Origin: Sphingomicrobium sp.
GTDB lineage: Bacteria; Pseudomonadota; Alphaproteobacteria; Sphingomonadales; Sphingomonadaceae
Reading direction: 5' to 3'
Length of the DNA: 64,000 nt
Assembly: GCA_035717805.1 (NCBI GenBank)
Contig: DASTIF010000083.1
Location: forward strand, 4,026-68,025
Positions 39,681 through 49,000 of the stretch are shown piece by piece (position 1 is the stretch's first letter; each line of letters starts with the position of its first letter). The translations under genes were made by a program, and so were the position numbers. The notes below the pieces were generated by a model. It saw nothing but the letters and a program-made list of their open reading frames with translations. It did no database searches and was not told the DNA's origin.

Positions 39681-41494
39681 TCAGCTGCCTGCGCCGCCTC
39701 CTCGACCGAGCGTTCGGCAGCCTGGCGCATCCACAGCTCGGCGTAAAGGCCGCCCTGCTCGAGGAGCTCGGCGTGAGTCCCGCGCTCGGCGACCCGGCCC
39801 TCGTCGAGCACCATGATGACGTCGGAATTGACCACCGTCGAAAGCCGGTGCGCAATTGTAATCGTCGTCCGGTTTCGCGCCAGCCGGTCGAGCGTCGAAA
39901 GGATGGCTTCCTCGGTCTTGCTGTCGAGCGCGCTGGTCGCCTCGTCGAGGATCAGGATCGGCGGGTTCTTGAGGAGCGTCCGGGCGATCGCGACTCGTTG
40001 TTTCTCACCTCCGGACAGCTTGAGCCCGCGCTCGCCGACCATGGAGCTGTATTTGTCGGGCAGGACGGCGATGAAACGGTCGATCGCCGCTCCGCGCGCG
40101 GCCTCCTCGATCTCGGATTGGCTGGTCTCGTCGGCGGCGTAGCCGATGTTATAGCCGATGGTGTCGTTGAACAGCACCGTGTCCTGCGGGACGATCCCGA
40201 TCGACTCGCGAAGGCTGGCCTGGGTTACCGTCGCGATATCCTGGCCGTCGATCAGGACGCGGCCCGCGGTCGGATCGTAGAATCGATAGAGAAGCCGGGC
40301 GATTGTCGACTTGCCGGCCCCCGAAGGCCCGACGATCGCGAGCCGCGTTCCCGGAGGCGCTTCGAAGCTGAGGCCGCTCAAAATCTCGCGCCCCGCTTCA
40401 TAGCCGAAATGGACATTTTCGAAGCGTACGTCGCCGCCGCCGACGACGAGCGGTTTCGCGCCCGGCGCGTCGGTGATTTCCCGCGCCGTATCGAGAAGAC
40501 CGAACATCGCCTCCATGTCGATCAGGCCCTGGCGAATAGTCCGGTACACCCAGCCGAGCATGTCCAGCGGGCGGAACAGCTGCATCAGAAGCGAGTTCAC
40601 CAGCACCACGTCGCCGGGCGTGAACCGGCCCTGGCTCCAGCCCCAGACCGTATAGGCCATTGCGCCCGCCATCATCGCGTTGGTTATCAGCGACTGGCCG
40701 ATGTTGAGCCATGCGAGCGAGACCTCGTTGCGCACCGTCGCCCTGGCGAACTGGCCGACGGCCTCGTCGTAGCGGCGCGCCTCGCGCTCCTCGGCGCCGA
40801 AATATTTGACGGTTTCGTAGTTGAGCAGCGAATCGACCGCCCGCCCGATCGCCCGATTGTCGACCTCGTTCATCTCGCGCTGGAGCTTGGCCCGCCAGTC
40901 GGTCACCTTGCGGGTGAAGGCGATGTAGATCGCGACGATCGCCAGCGTCGCCGCCACCAGCCCCGGGCCGAACTTGATGAAGAAGATGACGCAGATCGCC
41001 GCCAGCTCGATCAGCGTCGGGCCGACGTTGAACAGAAGGAAATAGAGCATCATGTCGATGCTCTTGGTGCCGCGCTCGACGATCTTGGTCAGCGATCCGG
41101 TGCGGCGTTCCAGATGGAATCGAAGCGACAGCGAATGGATGTGGCGGAACACCTGGCCCGCTAGCCGCCGGGCGGCGTCCTGCCCGACCTTTTCGAACAC
41201 CGCGTTGCGCAGATTGTCGGCAAGCACGCCCGCGAAGCGGGCGCCTGCATAAGCAAGCACCAGCGCCGCTACGACCGACCAGGCGGCCGGCGGTCCCGTC
41301 ATCCGGTCGATCACGGCCTTGTAAGCGAAGGGCATGACGAGGACCGCCGCCTTGCCCGCGAGAACCAGTATGACGGCGGCGATCACCCGCGCCTTGAGCT
41401 CGGTTTGGCCGTTCGGCCAGAGCATCGGCAGGAACCGCAACAGCGGAGCGAAGCTGCCCCGCTCGATCGTCCTTGCCTGCTCCGCTTCCGCCAT
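39677..41494 (-). CDS. atm1: ABCB family ATM1-type ABC exporter
   Basis: LSLRFHLERRTG, LLNYETVKYF, GPSGAGKS and LSGGEKQR motifs. Confidence 0.92.
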   Translation of the reverse strand: MAEAEQARTIERGSFAPLLRFLPMLWPNGQTELKARVIAAVILVLAGKAAVLVMPFAYKAVIDRMTGPPAAWSVVAALVLAYAGARFAGVLADNLRNAVFEKVGQDAARRLAGQVFRHIHSLSLRFHLERRTGSLTKIVERGTKSIDMMLYFLLFNVGPTLIELAAICVIFFIKFGPGLVAATLAIVAIYIAFTRKVTDWRAKLQREMNEVDNRAIGRAVDSLLNYETVKYFGAEEREARRYDEAVGQFARATVRNEVSLAWLNIGQSLITNAMMAGAMAYTVWGWSQGRFTPGDVVLVNSLLMQLFRPLDMLGWVYRTIRQGLIDMEAMFGLLDTAREITDAPGAKPLVVGGGDVRFENVHFGYEAGREILSGLSFEAPPGTRLAIVGPSGAGKSTIARLLYRFYDPTAGRVLIDGQDIATVTQASLRESIGIVPQDTVLFNDTIGYNIGYAADETSQSEIEEAARGAAIDRFIAVLPDKYSSMVGERGLKLSGGEKQRVAIARTLLKNPPILILDEATSALDSKTEEAILSTLDRLARNRTTITIAHRLSTVVNSDVIMVLDEGRVAERGTHAELLEQGGLYAELWMRQAAERSVEEAAQAAE

Positions 41495-41550
41495 CGCTTC
41501 CTAGGTAAGGGCGGCCGTGGCCAGCGGCAAACGCGTTCGACGAAACATTT

Positions 41551-41575
41551 GGAACCGTGCGTTTTTTGAGCGGTT
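41551..41575 (+). promoter_or_regulatory. EcfG (general stress sigma) promoter
   Basis: GGAAC-N16-GGTT, about 36 nt upstream of the ATG at 41612. Confidence 0.65.
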
Positions 41576-41611
41576 GTCGATTGAGGTAATCGATTTTTGA
41601 AGGCGGGGCCG

Positions 41612-41860
41612 ATGGGACCGGGTTATTTCGTCATTGCAATCCTTGGCTGCGCCGACGGATCGGTGAATTGCACGCCCGTCATGACCGTCCCGACTCGCTA
41701 TGAGAGCGAAGCGGTCTGCGCGGCCGCGGCCCCGGCCGCGCTCTTGGCCAACAGCGACTTCGATTTCCCGAGCCTGTTCGCCGAATGCCGCCCGGGAACG
41801 GCGCGCGCAGCGGAAAGCGACGGCAAAGCCGCGGCCTCGGGTGAGGCCCGGAGAGGCTGA
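41612..41860 (+). CDS. Small Cys-containing hypothetical protein
   Basis: Hydrophobic N-terminus, four Cys (GCADGSVNC..C..C). Ends 1 nt before the SDR start. Confidence 0.7.
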   Translation: MGPGYFVIAILGCADGSVNCTPVMTVPTRYESEAVCAAAAPAALLANSDFDFPSLFAECRPGTARAAESDGKAAASGEARRG

Positions 41861-41861
41861 T

Positions 41862-42716
41862 ATGTCCGATGTCATGGAGCCGATGATCCACGAGGACCGG
41901 CTTCCCGGAAGCGAAGCGAAGCTCGAGCCAAAGCCCGACTGGGAACCGCGTTATCCCGGTTCCGGCCGGCTGAAGGGCAAGGTCGCGCTGATCACCGGCG
42001 CCGACAGCGGGATCGGTCGTGCGGTCGCCGCGCTTTATGCCCGCGAAGGCGCCGACGTCGCCATCCTGTATCTGTGCGAGCACGAAGACGCCAGGAAGAC
42101 GAAGGAGATCGTCGAAGGCGAAGGCCGACGCGCGATAACGATTGCCGGCGACATCGGGAGCAAGGACTTTTGCGATCAGGCCGTCCGCCGGACGGTCGAC
42201 GAGCTCGGAGGGCTCGACATACTGGTCAACAATGCCGGCGAGCAGCACCCCGACGAGGACATCACCGACATCACCGAGGATCAGCTCAAGCGCACCTTCC
42301 AGACCAACATCTTCGGAATGTTCTTCATGACCCAGGCGGCGCGGCCGCACCTCAAAAAGGGGTCGGCGGTCATCAATTGCACGTCGGTGACGATGTACAA
42401 GGGCTCGGCCCAGCTTCTCGACTACAGCGCGACCAAGGGCGCGATCACCGCGTTCACCCGGTCGCTCGCAAAGAACCTCGCCAAGGACGAAATCCGCGTC
42501 AACGGCGTGGCTCCGGGACCGATCTGGACCCCGCTGAACCCGTTCGGCGGACAGAAGCCGGAAGACATGAGGGACTTCGGCAAGGACACGCCGATGGGCC
42601 GCCCCGGCCAGCCCAACGAGGTCGCGCCCTCCTTCCTGTTCCTCGCTTGCGAGGATTCGAGCTACATGACCGGCCAGGTGCTCCACCCCGACGGCGGCGA
42701 TTCCACGTCGAGCTGA
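41862..42716 (+). CDS. SDR oxidoreductase (YghA/YhdF general-stress type)
   Basis: Y.GSGRL.GK.ALITGADSGIG, NNAG, YSATK, VAPGPIWTPL and GRPGQP.E motifs. Confidence 0.93.
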   Translation: MSDVMEPMIHEDRLPGSEAKLEPKPDWEPRYPGSGRLKGKVALITGADSGIGRAVAALYAREGADVAILYLCEHEDARKTKEIVEGEGRRAITIAGDIGSKDFCDQAVRRTVDELGGLDILVNNAGEQHPDEDITDITEDQLKRTFQTNIFGMFFMTQAARPHLKKGSAVINCTSVTMYKGSAQLLDYSATKGAITAFTRSLAKNLAKDEIRVNGVAPGPIWTPLNPFGGQKPEDMRDFGKDTPMGRPGQPNEVAPSFLFLACEDSSYMTGQVLHPDGGDSTSS

Positions 42717-42723
42717 GCCGCGC

Positions 42724-42763
42724 TTGGGAAATTTTCCCAATCCGAGGTTGGATTTCCCGCCAA
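42724..42763. promoter_or_regulatory. Putative enhancer (UAS) sites for a sigma54 activator
   Basis: Palindrome TTGGGAAA-T-TTTCCCAA (42724-42740) and the related TTGGATTTCCCGCCAA (42748-42763). Confidence 0.55.
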
Positions 42764-42814
42764 TATGCCCGCCGCTTTCCAGGCCGCATCTGAAATTACA
42801 CGATAAATTGAATT

Positions 42815-42830
42815 TGGCACGGTCCCTGCA
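42815..42830 (+). promoter_or_regulatory. Sigma54 -24/-12 promoter
   Basis: TGGCAC-GGTCC-CTGCA with GG and GC exactly 12 nt apart, preceded by an AT-rich tract. Confidence 0.75.
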
Positions 42831-42884
42831 TTGATTGGGCCATGGACCCGTTGGGGGTCCGGGACAAGAAAAGGGACCAGGACA

Positions 42885-42989
42885 ATGATCGCCACTTTCT
42901 CAGCCAGCCGCGAGACCGCAACCGCCCTCGCCGCCGCCTTCATCACCGCCATGCTGTTCGTCAGCAGCGCGACTTCGCTCATCGCCTGA
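42885..42989 (+). CDS. 34-aa hydrophobic small protein (below the ORF-track cutoff)
   Basis: AGGA RBS. Translates as MIATFSASRETATALAAAFITAMLFVSSATSLIA*. GC3-rich codons. Confidence 0.65.
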   Translation: MIATFSASRETATALAAAFITAMLFVSSATSLIA

Positions 42990-43004
42990 CACCGGAGGGT
43001 ACAA

Positions 43005-43190
43005 GTGACCAACCGTTTCCTGATCAACCGCCGCGACGCGAAAATCATGGGCGTCGCCGCCGGGATCGCCGACTATTTCCGGATAGACGTTGTCGCCGTC
43101 CGGATCGCGCTCATCGCGCTTCTGCTCCTGACCGGGCCGGCCGTGATCCTCTTCTACCTGCTGACCGGCTGGCTCGCCGCCGAAAGGTGA
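43005..43190 (+). CDS. PspC domain protein
   Basis: GGAGG RBS. RRDAKIMGVAAGIADYF.ID...VRI motif plus a TM with Y...W. Confidence 0.88.
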   Translation: MTNRFLINRRDAKIMGVAAGIADYFRIDVVAVRIALIALLLLTGPAVILFYLLTGWLAAER

Positions 43191-43216
43191 GCCAGGCCGG
43201 CGGAAGGGGCTTCCGG

Positions 43217-43720
43217 TCAGCGCGGTTCGGCGCAGCCGCGGCGTTCTTCTCCACCGACCGTCAGAGTCACCGCAATCGGGTAGACATTGTCCGACATTCC
43301 ATCGGAGCAGCCGGCTTGCGGCCGGGTCGTCATCACGAACGGCGCGCGGCCGAGCGCGCCTTCCCACCGGCCGCTCTCCGTAGTCCCGCTGAACTTCGTC
43401 CAGACTCGCGTTCCGTCCTGATCCTCCGGCGTCGAATAGGTGACGCAGCGGCCCTCGACCTTCGCTCCCCAGAAAGGCTCCGTGCCGATAGCGCGAATGG
43501 CGTTGGCGTCGACCGGCTTGCCGTCCTGAAGCAGGCACGGGCTGACCGCCGAGGGTGGCGGTTGGCCCTTTTCGTTGGCGGCAACCTCTGGCTCGGCGGC
43601 AGCCGTTCCGCTTTCGGCGGCGTCCGTCGTCGTTGCCGCCGCTTCGTTGACGGGTTGCGGCTCCTCGGCCCGGGTACAGCCCGCGGCCAGAAGCATCGCC
43701 ATGCAGATCAGTCTGTCCAT
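43217..43720 (-). CDS. COG3650-like lipoprotein
   Basis: Lipobox AAGC. A.GTEPFW, CSDGMSD.VY and GCA motifs. Confidence 0.8.
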   Translation of the reverse strand: MDRLICMAMLLAAGCTRAEEPQPVNEAAATTTDAAESGTAAAEPEVAANEKGQPPPSAVSPCLLQDGKPVDANAIRAIGTEPFWGAKVEGRCVTYSTPEDQDGTRVWTKFSGTTESGRWEGALGRAPFVMTTRPQAGCSDGMSDNVYPIAVTLTVGGEERRGCAEPR

Positions 43721-43743
43721 CCACGCACCTCGCTCAGCAGCAC

Positions 43744-43768
43744 AACGGCCGCGGCCGGGATTGGTTCT
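43744..43768 (-). promoter_or_regulatory. EcfG-type promoter
   Basis: Minus strand AGAAC-N16-CGTT, about 24 nt upstream of the ATG at 43720. Confidence 0.5.
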
Positions 43769-43841
43769 GGCGACCCGGTCCGCTGGACAGCGGAGCGCTG
43801 CGGGCGCACTGTCCAGGCATATAGCCAGGAGGAGGAATCGC

Positions 43842-44381
43842 ATGCGGATCGCGCCATTCCGGAGCTCGATGATCGCCGCGGCCATCGCTTTGGCCGCTCT
43901 TCCCGCATCGGCTGCCTTGCCGCTCGGATCGAGGGCGCCCGACTTCACCACCATCGGTGCGCTCGCCGGCAAGCCGTTCAAGGTTCATCTCGCCGAGCAG
44001 CTCAAGCACGGCCCGGTCGTGCTCTATTTCTTCCCCAAGGCGTTCACCAAGGGCTGCACGCTCGAGGCGCATGCCTTCAGCGAGGCCAACGCCCAATTCC
44101 GAAAGCTCGGCGCGCGGGTGATCGGAATGTCGCGCGACGATTTGCCGACGCTGGAGAAATTCTCCGTCGAGGAGTGCCGCAACGCTTTCCCGGTCGCGAC
44201 CGCGACCGAAGCGACGGCCAGGGCCTATGACGTCGCCTGGGCGGAGCATCCGGGGCTGACGACGCGCACGTCCTACGTGATCGCGCCGAGCGGCCGGATC
44301 GTCATGGTCCATGACGATGCAGACTGGAGCCGCCATGTGGAGATGACCCTGGCGGCGGTGAAAGCGCTCAATTCGAACTGA
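43842..44381 (+). CDS. Exported peroxiredoxin (BCP/PrxQ type)
   Basis: AGGAGG RBS and signal peptide. VLYFFPKAFTKGCTLEA and RTSYVI motifs. Confidence 0.92.
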   Translation: MRIAPFRSSMIAAAIALAALPASAALPLGSRAPDFTTIGALAGKPFKVHLAEQLKHGPVVLYFFPKAFTKGCTLEAHAFSEANAQFRKLGARVIGMSRDDLPTLEKFSVEECRNAFPVATATEATARAYDVAWAEHPGLTTRTSYVIAPSGRIVMVHDDADWSRHVEMTLAAVKALNSN

Positions 44382-44384
44382 GAT

Positions 44385-45674
44385 TCAGCGAGTCGCGACC
44401 TTGTCCTCGTGGTCGACTGCCGGGTGCTTCTTCGCGTCGAGCAAGGCCGAGATCACGCTTCCGTCGCGCTTGTAGATGTCCGGATAATCGATGATCCGCC
44501 CGTCGACGTTCGCCGCCGACGACATGTAGACGATATAGACCGGAAGCGGCTCGGGGAATTTGGCGAGCTTCGATTTCCCGCTTGCCAGCGTTTCCTTGAC
44601 CCTCTCGGCGCTCCATTCCTCGCCGCCTTCGGTCAGAAGGATCGTGGCCAGGTCGATGATGTCCTCGGTCCGGATGCAGCCGTGACTATAGGCACGTACC
44701 CGGCTGTTGAATCTCGACTTGGCGTTGGTGTCGTGGAGGTAGATGGCCTTGGAATTGGGCATCACGAACTTCATCTTGCCGAGCGCGTTAGACGGCCCCG
44801 GCGGCTGGCGCCAGCGGATAACCTTCCCGTTGTCGTCCCTGAGCGCGACATAGCCTTTCTTGCCCGCGACCTCGTCGGCGATGCTCGACGGTATCTCCCA
44901 CCAGGGGTTGATGATGACTCCGGTCGCCATTGCCGAAAGCTGCGGCGTCGGCGTAGAAATCTTGCCCGCGACCGCATGATGGCGCGAAATGGTTTCGCCC
45001 TTCTCGACCAGCGCGGCCGTATAGGCCGGGACGTTAACGATGATGTAGCGCTCGCCGAGATCGTGCGGCAGCCACCGCCAGCGGTCCATGTTGAGCCGGA
45101 TGCGGTTGATCTTGTCGGCTTCCTCGCGCGGAGTGACTTCGAGAGCGTGCTTCAGCGCCGCATATTGCGGGTGCGTGGGCATCAGACCGTTGAGGCTTTG
45201 CGCGATCTGGTGGGTGAACAGCGCCCAGCGGAGCAGCTGATCCTGCCGCCCGCTGTCGAGATCGGGGTCCTTGATCCACCAGTCGATTCGGTCCTCGCCG
45301 CGGACATGACCGAGCGCCAGGTCGGACGAAAGCTTGTTGTACCGCTCGGTCGCCACCTTGCTCAGCGCCACCGGATCGCCGGCTCGAAGGGCGAACTCCA
45401 GGCTTGCCGGGTCATAGTCCGCGGGCGCGAGGCCTTCGGCGCCGATGTTCCGGATGTAGCCGAGCAGCGTCAGGGCATCTTGCGCGCTCCATACGGGCGG
45501 CGGAAGCGGCTGGGGATCGGGAGCCGAAACGGCCGCTTGAGGCTGGCTGACGACCGGTGCGGCCGCCGGCGGTGGCGTCTGCTGCGCCTGCGCTGCTCCC
45601 GCCATCGCCGAAGCGCAGGCAAGCAATGCCAATGTCCTGAATCTCTTGCTCAATTTCACGCCAGTTTCGCTCAT
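44385..45674 (-). CDS. L,D-transpeptidase (YcbB-like)
   Basis: LNMDRWRW, VNVPAY, QPPGPSNALG.MKF, IYLHDT and SHGCIR motifs. Confidence 0.92.
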   Translation of the reverse strand: MSETGVKLSKRFRTLALLACASAMAGAAQAQQTPPPAAAPVVSQPQAAVSAPDPQPLPPPVWSAQDALTLLGYIRNIGAEGLAPADYDPASLEFALRAGDPVALSKVATERYNKLSSDLALGHVRGEDRIDWWIKDPDLDSGRQDQLLRWALFTHQIAQSLNGLMPTHPQYAALKHALEVTPREEADKINRIRLNMDRWRWLPHDLGERYIIVNVPAYTAALVEKGETISRHHAVAGKISTPTPQLSAMATGVIINPWWEIPSSIADEVAGKKGYVALRDDNGKVIRWRQPPGPSNALGKMKFVMPNSKAIYLHDTNAKSRFNSRVRAYSHGCIRTEDIIDLATILLTEGGEEWSAERVKETLASGKSKLAKFPEPLPVYIVYMSSAANVDGRIIDYPDIYKRDGSVISALLDAKKHPAVDHEDKVATR

Positions 45675-45830
45675 CGAACCTTTCCCGGTGACGTCTTCTG
45701 CCCGACGCCGCCAATATAATGGCTAAACGGGGCGCGGCCAGTGACGGAAAGCCACAGCCGACGACTAACTCGTGGATAACAACCAAACTTTAAGCCCTCG
45801 CCTTTAGCCAAGCGTCCGGTGGGGGAGTCT

Positions 45831-46136
45831 ATGACATCGGAAGTGATGCTCGATGGATCGATGGTTCCGCGCTTCGCGAAGCGGCACGTCGACGAACGAA
45901 CCGAGCCGCGATCGGAATCGCGGGCAGAGACCGGCGTGCTGGAGCTTCGCGGCCGAAAGCACGTCGTCAGGCTGGTCAACACCTCCTCGTCGGGAGCGAT
46001 GATCATCTTGTCCTTGATCCCCAATATCGGCGAGGCGATAAGCGTTCAGCTCGCCGGACGCGGACTCCTGTCGGGGCGCGTCTGCTGGGTCAGGGACGGC
46101 AGGATCGGCGTCACTTTCGCCGACTCGCCGGAGTAG
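45831..46136 (+). CDS. PilZ domain protein
   Basis: RTEPR (RxxxR), NTSSSG (NxSxxG) and V.W....IGV.F. Confidence 0.85.
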   Translation: MTSEVMLDGSMVPRFAKRHVDERTEPRSESRAETGVLELRGRKHVVRLVNTSSSGAMIILSLIPNIGEAISVQLAGRGLLSGRVCWVRDGRIGVTFADSPE

Positions 46137-46147
46137 CGCGCGTGGAG

Positions 46148-46465
46148 ATGGGCTTTTCGATGATCAAGGCGCGCATTGCCGAGGATTGCGATCCCAGCGA
46201 CCGCCGCCGCTTTCGCCGACTTCCGCTCGAACTCGAGGTCAAGATGCGCGAGCTCGGAGAGAATGGCGTGGAGGCCCGCGTTCTCAACATCTCCGAGCGC
46301 GGGTTCATGGCCGAATCGGACGCCCATTTCGAAGTCGGCACGCGCGTCTGGCTGATGCTCCCGGGGCGCGACCGGGCCAATGCCGTGGTTAAGTGGACCG
46401 CGGGCGACAAGCTCGGCGCGGAATTTTCCGAACCGATTTCGGTCGACGAGATGCGCCAGCTATAA
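46148..46465 (+). CDS. PilZ domain protein
   Basis: RRFRR, NISERG and VKW....LGAEF. Confidence 0.88.
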   Translation: MGFSMIKARIAEDCDPSDRRRFRRLPLELEVKMRELGENGVEARVLNISERGFMAESDAHFEVGTRVWLMLPGRDRANAVVKWTAGDKLGAEFSEPISVDEMRQL

Positions 46466-46533
46466 AGCGCTGAAATCCAAGCCTTTCGCTATCGCATCGG
46501 GACCAGTCAGGCGTCCCGAATCGGGGCAGCGAT

Positions 46534-46558
46534 GCAACCGCACCCGCTTTCGCTCGTT
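46534..46558 (+). promoter_or_regulatory. EcfG-type promoter
   Basis: GCAAC-N16-CGTT, 25 nt upstream of the ATG at 46584. Confidence 0.55.
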
Positions 46559-46583
46559 CCGCGATTCCGAAAGGAATTTAACC

Positions 46584-46832
46584 ATGCCGGCCACGTCAGG
46601 CCTCGATATGAACTATCATCCGGCGGTCCGCGGCTATCATGCCGTGTATCGCGAGCATGAGGTCAATCACTGCCCCGGCTGCGGGCGGACCCACTGGATC
46701 ATCGGCCGTTTCTCGGCCGAATGCGCCTTCTGCACGACGGCGTTGCCGCTTGCGGAAGCGAGCATGCACTCGCACGGGCGTCCGGTGATCATTCAGCACA
46801 AGAACCGCGACGGCCACGCCTGGGCGGCTTAA
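46584..46832 (+). CDS. Small zinc-ribbon hypothetical protein
   Basis: AAGGA RBS. CPGC...W.IGR.SAECAFC motif, His-rich. Confidence 0.75.
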   Translation: MPATSGLDMNYHPAVRGYHAVYREHEVNHCPGCGRTHWIIGRFSAECAFCTTALPLAEASMHSHGRPVIIQHKNRDGHAWAA

Positions 46833-47734
46833 GGCTTCGGCTCCACTTTTCGTACCGGCACCGGGACGGCGCATAGCGCCGCGCCCGGTGACGGCACGCC
46901 ATAGTCGCGTCGGTGCGAAGCGAGCTCGGCATATTGCGCGAACGCCGCGCTGTCGGTCTTCAGATATTCGAAGCGGGGCCGGCCGGAAAGCGGCATGTCC
47001 GCCGTAATCTTGACCGAGAGAATCGGGATCGGCGTCTGTTCCTTGCCGTAAACGCCCATTTCCGCCGTTCCTCGCGGCAGCGCCGACAGGTTTTCCATGC
47101 CTTCGACCACTCGGCCGACCAGCGCATAATTGCGGTCGAGACGCCGGGCAGTGCTTCCGATCACTGCGAACAATTCGCTGCCGTTGCCGGTGTCCGGAGC
47201 GGCATCTCGAGCGACTCCGACAGCGCCGTAGCAATAGGTCGGGTTGACCCCGCCGCCGACCTGCATGGCCGCTGGCCAGCCATCGACAAAGGCAGCCATC
47301 GCCGAATAGGGATCGGGTGAGCCCAGCGGAATCAGCGTGAGTCCGCTTGCGCTGCGCGCATATTCTTCGGGCGGCCGCGCGACGGCTCCCTTCGGAAGCG
47401 GGGCTTGAGGCGCGGCCTCGTCCTCGCCGAGGCCCCATTGGGTGACCCAATTGTCGACGACCCGATAGATGGTCGCCTTTGACCAATAGTTGCTGCGCGC
47501 CATCGCCTTGATGTTGGCGACGTGGACGGGCGCGAACAGAGGCGCGAGCTGGATCACCACACGCTTGTCGCCCGCGAGATCCATCACCAGCAGGTCGGAG
47601 GCGGGGATTTCGGCCCAATCGGACGCCTTGGCGGCCCTGACGACCTCGGTTGGGCTTTTCGGAGGCTGGGGAGGCGAGGGTTGGGGCGCCGCCGCCGCAA
47701 GCGCGAGAACAGAAACGATCGCGATCGGACTCAT
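46829..47734 (-). CDS. Exported cyclophilin-type peptidylprolyl isomerase
   Basis: L...FAP.HV.NI, RVVDN.V.Q.G, G.VGVAR and LDRNY..VGRV..GME motifs. Confidence 0.85.
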   Translation of the reverse strand: MSPIAIVSVLALAAAAPQPSPPQPPKSPTEVVRAAKASDWAEIPASDLLVMDLAGDKRVVIQLAPLFAPVHVANIKAMARSNYWSKATIYRVVDNWVTQWGLGEDEAAPQAPLPKGAVARPPEEYARSASGLTLIPLGSPDPYSAMAAFVDGWPAAMQVGGGVNPTYCYGAVGVARDAAPDTGNGSELFAVIGSTARRLDRNYALVGRVVEGMENLSALPRGTAEMGVYGKEQTPIPILSVKITADMPLSGRPRFEYLKTDSAAFAQYAELASHRRDYGVPSPGAALCAVPVPVRKVEPKP

Positions 47735-47784
47735 GGGACCCCCTGCATCTTCCACCACAGTCGCGAACATTCTAACGGCGGGCC

Positions 47785-48954
47785 ATGCATCTCGCCACCC
47801 TGATGCTTCTCGGCTCCGGAGAGCTCGGCCGCGAATTCACAATCGCCGCAAAGCGTCTCGGCTGCCGGGTGATCGCCTGCGACCGCTACGCCAACGCGCC
47901 GGCGATGCAGATGGCCGATACCTTCGAAGTCTTTTCGATGCTCGACGGCGTTGCTCTGCGCGTCGCTGTCGAGAAGCACCGGCCCGACGTCATCATTCCG
48001 GAAATCGAGGCGATCGACACCGCGATGCTTGCCGAACTCGAGCGCGAGGGCTGGCGGGTCGTGCCCTCGGCCAGGGCGGTCCGGCTGACCATGAACCGCG
48101 ACGGGATCCGCGATTTCGCCGCCGAGGAGCTTGGCCTCAAGACGTCACTCTATCGCTTCGCGGAAAGCCGCGACGAGGCGATCGCCGCCGCGCGCGCGGT
48201 CGGCCTGCCGTGCGTGATCAAGCCGGTCATGTCGAGCTCGGGCAAGGGTCAACGCACCGTCGACACCGAAGACGAGGTCGGTGCTGCCTGGGACTATGCC
48301 GTCGCCAACATGCGCGGCGACCGGCCGCGCGTGATCGTCGAGGAGTTCATCCGCTTCGACAGCGAGATAACCCTGCTGACGGTCGCGACGAACGACGGTG
48401 TGCTTTACTGCGCGCCGATCGGCCACCGGCAGGAACTCGGCGATTATCGTGAAAGCTGGCAGCCCGCGGCCGTGCCCGAGGCGGCGCTTTCATCGGCAGA
48501 GGAGCAGTCGAAGCGGGTCGTCGAAGCGCTTGGCGGCCACGGCATCTTCGGCGTGGAATATTTTATCCGCCGCGAGGAGGCGATTTTCTCCGAGCTCAGC
48601 CCGCGCCCTCACGATACGGGCATGGTGACGCTGATTTCGCAATATCCGAACGAGTTCGAGCTTCATCTGCGCGCGGTGCTTGGCCTTCCGATCCCGGCAA
48701 TCGATCTCGCCGGCCCGTCGGCCTCGGCCGTCATCCTCGCCGACCGCGAGAGCGAGGCCTTCGGCTATGAAGGGATAAGCGATGCGCTCGCGCTCGGCGA
48801 GCCCGGCCGGCCGGTCGATCTGCGAATCTTCGCCAAGCCCAAAACACTGCGCAACAGGAGGATGGGAGTCGCCTTGGCCCGCGCCACAACGGTCGACGAA
48901 GCGGTCGAACGCGCGAAAGCCGCCGCCGCCAGGGTGAAAATCACCTATCAGTAA
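47785..48954 (+). CDS. purT: Formate-dependent GAR transformylase
   Basis: LLGSGELG.E, PEIEAI, KPVMSSSGKGQ, SPRPHDTG and RRMGV motifs. Confidence 0.97.
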   Translation: MHLATLMLLGSGELGREFTIAAKRLGCRVIACDRYANAPAMQMADTFEVFSMLDGVALRVAVEKHRPDVIIPEIEAIDTAMLAELEREGWRVVPSARAVRLTMNRDGIRDFAAEELGLKTSLYRFAESRDEAIAAARAVGLPCVIKPVMSSSGKGQRTVDTEDEVGAAWDYAVANMRGDRPRVIVEEFIRFDSEITLLTVATNDGVLYCAPIGHRQELGDYRESWQPAAVPEAALSSAEEQSKRVVEALGGHGIFGVEYFIRREEAIFSELSPRPHDTGMVTLISQYPNEFELHLRAVLGLPIPAIDLAGPSASAVILADRESEAFGYEGISDALALGEPGRPVDLRIFAKPKTLRNRRMGVALARATTVDEAVERAKAAAARVKITYQ

Positions 48955-49000
48955 GAAGCCTTCGCGGCTTTCCAGCGTTGCCGGTTAAAGGGAGAAATGG

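Noticed and set aside
48955-48979. Fifth EcfG-like promoter (GAAGC-N16-CGTT) before the 49001 lipoprotein
   Set aside because: The -35 element lacks the AAC core, so the match is too weak to call.
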